Shown piece after piece: positions 1 to 4,680 of a stretch of DNA of 9,359 bases; the first letter of the stretch is position 1, and every line of letters begins with the position of its first letter. This stretch comes from Candidatus Woesearchaeota archaeon (GTDB taxonomy: Archaea; Nanobdellota; Nanobdellia; Woesearchaeales; ARS49), in NCBI GenBank assembly GCA_016203345.1, contig JACQMZ010000020.1:1-9359 (forward strand), read 5' to 3'. Under the pieces are notes generated by a model. It ran no database searches. It was not told the DNA's origin and was given only the letters and a program-made list of their open reading frames with translations. A program made the position numbers and the translations under genes.

Positions 1-22
1 CAATAGTGAAAATTTCTGAGCG

Positions 23-95
23 TCTCAAAAACCACCATCATTGAAATCTAGCTCCAAAAGCATCAGTGGTAATGTAGGAATGGTGGTTTTCGAGA
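23..95. repeat. Long-loop inverted repeat: 16-bp arms with one mismatch, 41-nt spacer
   Basis: TCTCAAAAACCACCAT (23-38) pairs with ATGGTGGTTTTCGAGA (80-95). 15 of 16 positions are complementary; the only mismatch is a27/c91. It lies in apparently non-coding DNA upstream of the first gene. The left arm overlaps a possible upstream-gene stop (TGA 42-44 in frame 3). Confidence 0.6.
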
Positions 96-140
96 ATTCG
101 TACTCACAGAATAGCTAAACAAGTACTTTGTGAGAAAGCT

Positions 141-146
141 TTTATA
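141..146 (+). promoter_or_regulatory. TATA-like box (TTTATA) preceded by a purine-rich AGAAAG
   Basis: The hexamer ends 22 nt upstream of the ATG at 169, and no Shine-Dalgarno-like sequence lies between them. The same spacing recurs at two other first genes in the window. Confidence 0.4.
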
Positions 147-168
147 GTATCATGCGGTATGTGCTGCC

Positions 169-432
169 ATGCACATTCGAGACCACTTGGCGCGCGTGCC
201 TGACCACCTGAAGAGTGCGCAGGAGTTCAAAACATTGCGTGTCCTGATTCGTGAACAGCATATAGACACGGCTACGCAGTTGAGGCGGTACATAAAGTCA
301 GAAATCTCGTCACTCTCAGCCTCCTTGAAATCATTGGGTGAATCTTCAACAAACAACAGGAAGCGTGCAGAGATTTCAAAAAAGCTTGAGTTCTTGCACA
401 CTGTCCAAGAAAAAATATTACAGTACCTCTAA
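169..432 (+). CDS. Hypothetical small protein, 87 aa, predicted helical
   Basis: ATG-initiated ORF. Its TAA stop overlaps the ATG of the next gene (TAATG at 430-434), which suggests co-translation. A TATA-like box lies upstream. I recognise no family motif. Confidence 0.45.
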   Translation: MHIRDHLARVPDHLKSAQEFKTLRVLIREQHIDTATQLRRYIKSEISSLSASLKSLGESSTNNRKRAEISKKLEFLHTVQEKILQYL

Positions 433-776
433 TGATTCGCAATCTCACCCGAAAGTCAGTTGTGTGCTGTGAAGAAGTATGGTGCACCACGTTTGTTCAA
501 CACGTGCTCGGTTTGATGTTCAAGGCGCGCATTACTCCGCACGTGCTTGCGTTTGCGTCTGAGAGGTATGTCACAATCCATACTTTTTTTGTCGCTGGTG
601 CCTTGGACCTCATATTTCTCAAAAACCGAAGGGTTGTTGAAATTACGCAAAAGCTTTTGCCGTTCTCGTGGTACACTCCAAGGGTGAGAACAGACTGCGT
701 TATTGAACTTCGGGCAGGTACTGTTGCGCATACGAGAACACGCGTAGGCGACAAAATTGAAATCTCCACACAGTAA
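432..776 (+). CDS. DUF192/UPF0127 family protein
   Basis: 114-aa ORF. The pattern ..HVLGLMFKAR.. / ..IHTFFVAGALDLIFL.. / ..CVIELRAGT...RVGDKIEI matches the DUF192 layout as I recall it (GLM-R motif, ..M.....LD..F.., ..vlEl.aG....gv..Gd.v). The size is typical for the family. Confidence 0.7.
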   Translation: MIRNLTRKSVVCCEEVWCTTFVQHVLGLMFKARITPHVLAFASERYVTIHTFFVAGALDLIFLKNRRVVEITQKLLPFSWYTPRVRTDCVIELRAGTVAHTRTRVGDKIEISTQ

Positions 777-833
777 CCAGTGTGGTAACTGTGGTGGACG
801 AACGATTAAGCCAGCATCTGGCAGGCTATAACT

Positions 834-1556
834 ATTGGGCTTTATAAACTGTTATCCACAGGCCTCCTTGCTCTCACTCTGGCGATGACGAGTGGGTGTG
901 CTGTTGTTAACAGGGCAGAACGGTTCGCACAAGCATTCCACAGAGAATTCACCACGGAATACGATAGACGGTCAGACCCTAACAATCCCACACCGAACAG
1001 GTATCGTGCACTGCAGGAACTCGGAGAGCTTCAACGACACGTGCAAGATGGAACTGTAGAACAAAGCGAAGCCATTGCACGCATCGAACGCGAAGAACTA
1101 GACGAACAAGCCTTCCGCGCAGTGCGAAAGATAGCTGAAAACGCGGCCCAAGATGCTTTTCGTGAAAGCGTGCCAGAAACAGATCTCGTCGAAAATCCCT
1201 TTCGGGCTGACAATACTGGCAGGCGACGCAATGAAGGGCTTTGTGACCTGCTAACGCCTCGTCTGAGCCTTAACATCAGCTATTCAGACTCACGGTTAAC
1301 GCTGGAGCCAACAATCAAGCTTGGATTTTATAGGGTCAAATTCACCAGTGACAACACGTTCGATCATCGCATTCATTTTAATTATGACAGGTGGTATTTT
1401 TTTGCAGGAATCGAGCATCACCGGGACGAAATTCACAACGCATCCATGGGTGTAAGCTATGGATGCAGCCCAGGTACATCAATAGGCACATCATACTCGT
1501 ATACTAACGAACCAGAAGACCACAGGATGGCGATCGGGTTCGCGAGCAGATTTTAA
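834..1556 (+). CDS. Putative lipoprotein with a helical N-terminal half and a beta-barrel-like C-terminal half ending in Phe
   Basis: The ORF track starts at ATG 885. The frame is open back to the stop at 828-830. TTG 834 adds (M)GFYKLLSTGLLALTLAMTSGC, a textbook signal peptide plus lipobox. The C-terminal ~100 aa show alternating hydrophobic strands (LSLNISYS, IKLGFYRVKF, RIHFNY, WYFFAGIEH, MGVSYG, SIGTSYSYT, MAIGFASRF) with a terminal F. Family unknown. Confidence 0.6.
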   Translation: MGLYKLLSTGLLALTLAMTSGCAVVNRAERFAQAFHREFTTEYDRRSDPNNPTPNRYRALQELGELQRHVQDGTVEQSEAIARIEREELDEQAFRAVRKIAENAAQDAFRESVPETDLVENPFRADNTGRRRNEGLCDLLTPRLSLNISYSDSRLTLEPTIKLGFYRVKFTSDNTFDHRIHFNYDRWYFFAGIEHHRDEIHNASMGVSYGCSPGTSIGTSYSYTNEPEDHRMAIGFASRF

Positions 1557-1562
1557 TGTCAG

Positions 1563-2120
1563 TCAGAACTTCCACGCAAATCCAACAATTCCCATGTGCG
1601 TTTCAATGCCGTGATTCTGCGAGTCACGTAAGCCCGCATGAGAAATGTGACGGTACTGATACCCTGCTTCCAAGGACATATTATCATCAATACTCAGCCG
1701 CACTCCCGCGCCGATTTGGTTCATAAAATTAAACCCTGCCTTGCCTTGCTCTCGTGTGTCAATGCCCAAGTACATCGGGCCAGCGCCGCCTTCGACATAG
1801 GGAGTAATCCCATGCACGTCCACCTCATATCTCGCCATTGCGCATAATCCTGCTTCCACACCACGCCTCGGCTCTTCGATATATCCTGCAAAAGGCTCAA
1901 CGATGCCAATCACACGACCAACAGGCAACGGCACAAGATCAGAAACGTCCAACCTCGCCTGTGGAACGATCACAGTCGCGGCGTACCGTCCGTCATGCAC
2001 TCTGCCTTCTGTCCTTCCCACACCTACACGAACAGAATCAAGACGAACACTATTAATCGCAGAACAGCCGCACACGGTCAGTAAGCCAGCACATACGGCT
2101 GCTTGTAAAAATTTCCACAT
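1563..2120 (-). CDS. PagL-like acyloxyacyl hydrolase (lipid A 3-O-deacylase family)
   Basis: 185 aa. N-terminal signal/lipobox-like MWKFLQAAVCAGLLTVCGC. The C-terminal region PYVEGGAGP...FNFMNQIGAGVRL...YRHISHAGLRDSQNHGIETH...GFAWKF parallels my recollection of P. aeruginosa PagL (PFIEAGIGV...NFEDRIGAGLKF...IHYSNAGLKQPNDGIES). The His-x-Ser and downstream Glu of the catalytic triad are retained: H158 at nt 1649-1647, S160 at 1643-1641, E173 at 1604-1602. Terminal Phe. Confidence 0.8.
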   Translation of the reverse strand: MWKFLQAAVCAGLLTVCGCSAINSVRLDSVRVGVGRTEGRVHDGRYAATVIVPQARLDVSDLVPLPVGRVIGIVEPFAGYIEEPRRGVEAGLCAMARYEVDVHGITPYVEGGAGPMYLGIDTREQGKAGFNFMNQIGAGVRLSIDDNMSLEAGYQYRHISHAGLRDSQNHGIETHMGIVGFAWKF

Positions 2121-2143
2121 ACGACAAATGTCACAGAAAAATC

Positions 2144-2149
2144 ATAAAA
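2144..2149 (-). promoter_or_regulatory. TATA-like box (TTTTAT on the - strand) upstream of the PagL-like gene
   Basis: 23 nt separate the hexamer from the ATG at 2120. No SD-like motif lies between them. Confidence 0.35.
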
Positions 2150-2218
2150 GCAATACGTGTGGATAATACTATTACGGTGACGACTGTAAAGGTTAAAAAG
2201 CCAAGGCCTTTTTCATTA

Positions 2219-2265
2219 CAAAATCTCGTGTGAGCGAGCCGAATGCGAGCGAACTCGAGATTTTG
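2219..2265. repeat. Perfect 10-bp inverted repeat with a 27-nt spacer, upstream of tRNA-Trp
   Basis: CAAAATCTCG (2219-2228) and CGAGATTTTG (2256-2265). The spacer contains a reiterated GCGAGC. The right arm ends 16 nt before the tRNA 5' end. Confidence 0.6.
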
Positions 2266-2286
2266 GAGAACTCGAGAATTTGGGAG
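2252..2286 (+). repeat. Imperfect tandem duplication (17 + 18 nt) running into the tRNA 5' end
   Basis: AACTCGAGATTTTGGAG (2252-2268) is followed directly by AACTCGAGAATTTGGGAG (2269-2286). The copies differ by one substitution and one 1-nt indel. The last 5 nt of copy 2 are tRNA positions 1-5. Confidence 0.6.
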
Positions 2287-2355
2287 CATAGTACAACCTG
2301 GCTAGTATGGCCGCCTCCAGAGCGGCTGATTTGGGTTCAAATCCCAATGCTCCCA
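2282..2355 (+). tRNA. tRNA-Trp (anticodon CCA), 74 nt, CCA tail not encoded
   Basis: Manual cloverleaf. Acceptor stem GGGAGCA/TGCTCCC (7 perfect bp). U8 present. D stem GTAC/GTAT, D loop with G18 G19. Anticodon stem GCCGC/GCGGC, loop CTCCAGA (U33, CCA, G37). 4-nt variable region. T stem TTGGG/CCCAA, T loop TTCAAAT. Discriminator A at 2355. A15/U48 is compatible with a Levitt pair. Confidence 0.9.
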
Positions 2356-2831
2356 CTTGACAGAATGCTTGCAAGTTTCTGCTTCTTGCTAGGATGATGA
2401 TTCACCATATTCAGGACAATTCTCTTCTGTATTGTTGATACGTATGCCTCATCATCGAATAGAGCTTGCAGCCATGCAGCCCGAATCTTGGGATTTCCTT
2501 GTTGAATTTCCTTCGCAATGAACCAATCACGAGATTTTCCCGCTCCTAATCCTTTAATCAAGTAGTAAATTTTCTTGCTTGAAACTTCATATTCATGCTT
2601 TCTGTGACGGTTAACCACACGTATATTGAAAACGTGCTTTACATCTCTAGTGAATTGTTGTATTAGAGCTGAATCCGTATTCACGTATCTAACAAACCAT
2701 CTCTGCCGAATCATATTCTTCCTAGGATGAGTCAACAGTTCTCTAACGCTTCTGCGCTGCGTTGCCGTCGCAAGATACCCATCCCCACAAATATGCGCCA
2801 CTGTTCTGGCCAACTCAGGAGTCACTTCCAT
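2337..2831 (-). CDS. Free-standing LAGLIDADG homing-endonuclease-like protein, second domain apparently truncated
   Basis: 164 aa with two LAGLIDADG-type motifs: LARTVAHICGDGYL (aa ~7-20) and AAWLQALFDDEAYV (aa ~118-131). Only about 33 aa follow motif 2, against about 100 aa between the motifs. The last 19 nt including the stop (2337-2355) are the reverse complement of the tRNA-Trp 3' end. Confidence 0.7.
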   Translation of the reverse strand: MEVTPELARTVAHICGDGYLATATQRRSVRELLTHPRKNMIRQRWFVRYVNTDSALIQQFTRDVKHVFNIRVVNRHRKHEYEVSSKKIYYLIKGLGAGKSRDWFIAKEIQQGNPKIRAAWLQALFDDEAYVSTIQKRIVLNMVNHHPSKKQKLASILSSGSIGI

Positions 2832-2853
2832 GATGTCAAACTGCTGCTTGGTT

Positions 2854-2859
2854 CTTATA
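2854..2859 (-). promoter_or_regulatory. TATA-like box (TATAAG on the - strand) upstream of the LAGLIDADG ORF
   Basis: 22 nt separate the hexamer from the ATG at 2831. No SD-like motif lies between them. Confidence 0.35.
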
Positions 2860-3003
2860 GTCGTTATGAAGCAATATGTCCTGTCCAGTGCCTATTTGCT
2901 CTGTTGTAGTTGCGCCACCAACAAGTCGCTATACGAACATTGCACCAAATCAATAGTTTTCAAATGCGGGTATTATGGCACAGCAATTATTAAAAAGTCA
3001 AGC

Positions 3004-4680
3004 ATGGCGCCCAAATGCATGCCAAAAGAGGAGTATAGTCCAGCGGCACAAAAACTTCTGCACTACATGATGTCACACCCATTTGACAGGGTGTCGCTTC
3101 TCACGCACTTGCCGCCCCAAACAAAAGCAACACTTCAATCCATGTACAGCAGAAACGACCTGCCCATGAGGGCCACGCTCTTAAAAATCATCGTGACTGT
3201 TGATCTTGAACTTGAAAGGAATAAGCGAAAGTTTGACGAAGTAACTCAAGCAGAGAAAGAAGCAGTCTTTGAGATGTTTGCACAAACTATTCCAGACGCT
3301 GATCCTCCGCTCGTACACCTGTTTGACAAGAAGGCAGAATCCTTTCTCGACCAGTGGGCAGTCAAGCACGGTCACGGCTCAATCAAGGAGGGTGCGTTCA
3401 CTTCGTACATCGTCGAAGGGGTTACGCTGATTACTGCAAAAGCGCTTGAGCATGACCCGTTGTTTCACGGACAGGAATTATCGACGAGGTACAAGTCTTT
3501 TGCAAAACAACGTGTGCCGATTCCACCTGTGCTCGATAAGTCGCCGCTTGCAGGGGAACTGCGTGCGTATTTTGAGCGGAGTTTGCAGGATTATCTCGAA
3601 GCATCACGAATAATGAATGAGTTTCAGGCCACGGCATTTCCGGCGCCTGAAGGAATCAGTCCTGCCGGATGGAAGCAGGTGTTGGGTGCTGAAACATTTG
3701 ACAACGCTCGATACTACCTCAATGCAGGCATCACCACTTCTCTTGGCATCGTCGAGGATGCGCGCACGCTTGAGCGAAAACTGCGCAACCTTCTGGTGTT
3801 TCCGTTTCCTGAAACAAGGGACGTGGCGCAGGAAATTCTTGAGAAAGGGCGTACGGAACTCACGACGCTTTTAAAGCATGTTGATCCGAACGAGTACAAG
3901 AAAAATGCGGAAGAACAATTGGCACTGGAACGGGAAACGGTCATGAAAGGTGCACGCCACACCATTCTTCCCACTCGCGACGTCGCGCTCCTTCACGCCA
4001 CCCCTGATCTTGAAAATAGAATGATTGCTGATCTTCTTTATGGTGAAGCCAGGCACGGATTTGCGTGGGCGGATGTCTACAGTCGTGTTCAACGATTATC
4101 TGCAGACGACAAAAAACAGATTCTCGAACGCGCATTTGAAAAGCTGGGCAAACACGACGACCCGTTGTCGACTTTGCGGGGAACGCGACTTGCATTCGAA
4201 CTTTATCCTGACTTTGGCGCGTGGCGGGACATTGAGCGACACAGGCGGTGCAACCAGTCATTCCCGCTTCCAACGTGCGATTACGGATATAACACGCCAT
4301 GGCTTGTGGGAGAAGCTGGTCTTGCACAGCATTACAAAGATCACATGGAGCGTGCGGCTGATGTGTTTGAGAAAGCACGAAAAGTGTGTCCTGAAGAGGC
4401 AGTGATTGTTCCTGCGCTTGGATTCAAGGTCAAGCAAACCATTGATGGAGATATCGACGAGTGGGTGTACATCTGGAGACTTCGTACTACTCCTTATGGC
4501 CACTTTTCCTACAGGAAGATATTCCAAGAAACATTCAGAGCAGCAAAACCGCATATTCCCCTCCTTGCAGACATCATTGAACGCAAACAGCTCATCGATA
4601 TGAACGGTTATCACCATGGCAGACTCGTTGAAGAGCAACGATTCGAAGCCAAGATGAAATTGCGGGAAGGGAATTCATGA
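3004..4680 (+). CDS. thyX: ThyX-like flavin-dependent thymidylate synthase, two tandem ThyX-fold domains in one chain (558 aa)
   Basis: Domain 1: KHGHGSIKEGAFTSYIVEG...LEHDPLFHGQELSTRY...NARYYL...DARTLERKLRNL. Domain 2: LAFELYPDFGAWRDIERHRRCNQ (RHR at nt 4237-4245)...IVPALGF...IWRLRTTPYGH. Both follow the T. maritima ThyX order as I recall it (HGHETPFEH..FTF...RHRIASYNELSGRY...ARIVLP...NARSL..FL.LR..SHAQ). Start moved from 2830 to ATG 3004, because the first 58 codons of the ORF lie in the divergent intergenic region and look non-coding. Confidence 0.8.
   Translation: MAPKCMPKEEYSPAAQKLLHYMMSHPFDRVSLLTHLPPQTKATLQSMYSRNDLPMRATLLKIIVTVDLELERNKRKFDEVTQAEKEAVFEMFAQTIPDADPPLVHLFDKKAESFLDQWAVKHGHGSIKEGAFTSYIVEGVTLITAKALEHDPLFHGQELSTRYKSFAKQRVPIPPVLDKSPLAGELRAYFERSLQDYLEASRIMNEFQATAFPAPEGISPAGWKQVLGAETFDNARYYLNAGITTSLGIVEDARTLERKLRNLLVFPFPETRDVAQEILEKGRTELTTLLKHVDPNEYKKNAEEQLALERETVMKGARHTILPTRDVALLHATPDLENRMIADLLYGEARHGFAWADVYSRVQRLSADDKKQILERAFEKLGKHDDPLSTLRGTRLAFELYPDFGAWRDIERHRRCNQSFPLPTCDYGYNTPWLVGEAGLAQHYKDHMERAADVFEKARKVCPEEAVIVPALGFKVKQTIDGDIDEWVYIWRLRTTPYGHFSYRKIFQETFRAAKPHIPLLADIIERKQLIDMNGYHHGRLVEEQRFEAKMKLREGNS

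Noticed and set aside
1-130. Possible C/D-box sRNA or other small RNA at the window start (ATGATGG and CTGATGC on the - strand, CTGA at 16-19 on the + strand)
   Set aside because: The box-like strings are on inconsistent strands and spacings. No complete C/D'/C'/D arrangement with terminal pairing could be assembled.
150-769. Minus-strand ORFs 150-401, 272-490, 456-731 and 497-769
   Set aside because: They lie antisense to the coupled 87-aa/DUF192 pair. The DUF192 frame has family motifs. The minus-strand products have none, and no start context supports them.
1638-2166. Plus-strand ORFs inside the PagL-like gene (1638-1847, 1838-2056, 1903-2166) and the nested minus-strand ORF 1721-1909
   Set aside because: The minus-strand 185-aa frame matches PagL motifs from signal peptide to terminal Phe. 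The others are shadow ORFs.
2195-2213. AAAAAG-CCAAGGC-CTTTTT, containing the palindrome AAGGCCTT, as a possible bidirectional terminator
   Set aside because: The stem is only 6 bp and nearly all A-U. No gene ends on either side, since the element lies between a gene start and the tRNA upstream region. It may be a protein-binding palindrome or part of the AT-rich promoter region, but I cannot support a call.
2830-3003. N-terminal 58 codons of the 616-aa ORF (MMSNCCLVLIVVMKQYVLSSAYLLCCSC...), which would overlap the start of the divergent LAGLIDADG gene
   Set aside because: The stretch is Cys/Leu-rich and low in complexity, with no ThyX similarity. It covers the divergent promoter region. ATG 3004 gives an N-terminus that leads straight into ThyX-like sequence.
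3181-4638. Antisense and out-of-frame ORFs within the thyX-like gene (for example 3941-4378 -, 4258-4638 -, 4025-4405 +, 3714-3974 -)
   Set aside because: The ThyX-like frame carries conserved motifs over its whole length. The alternatives have no motifs and atypical composition.
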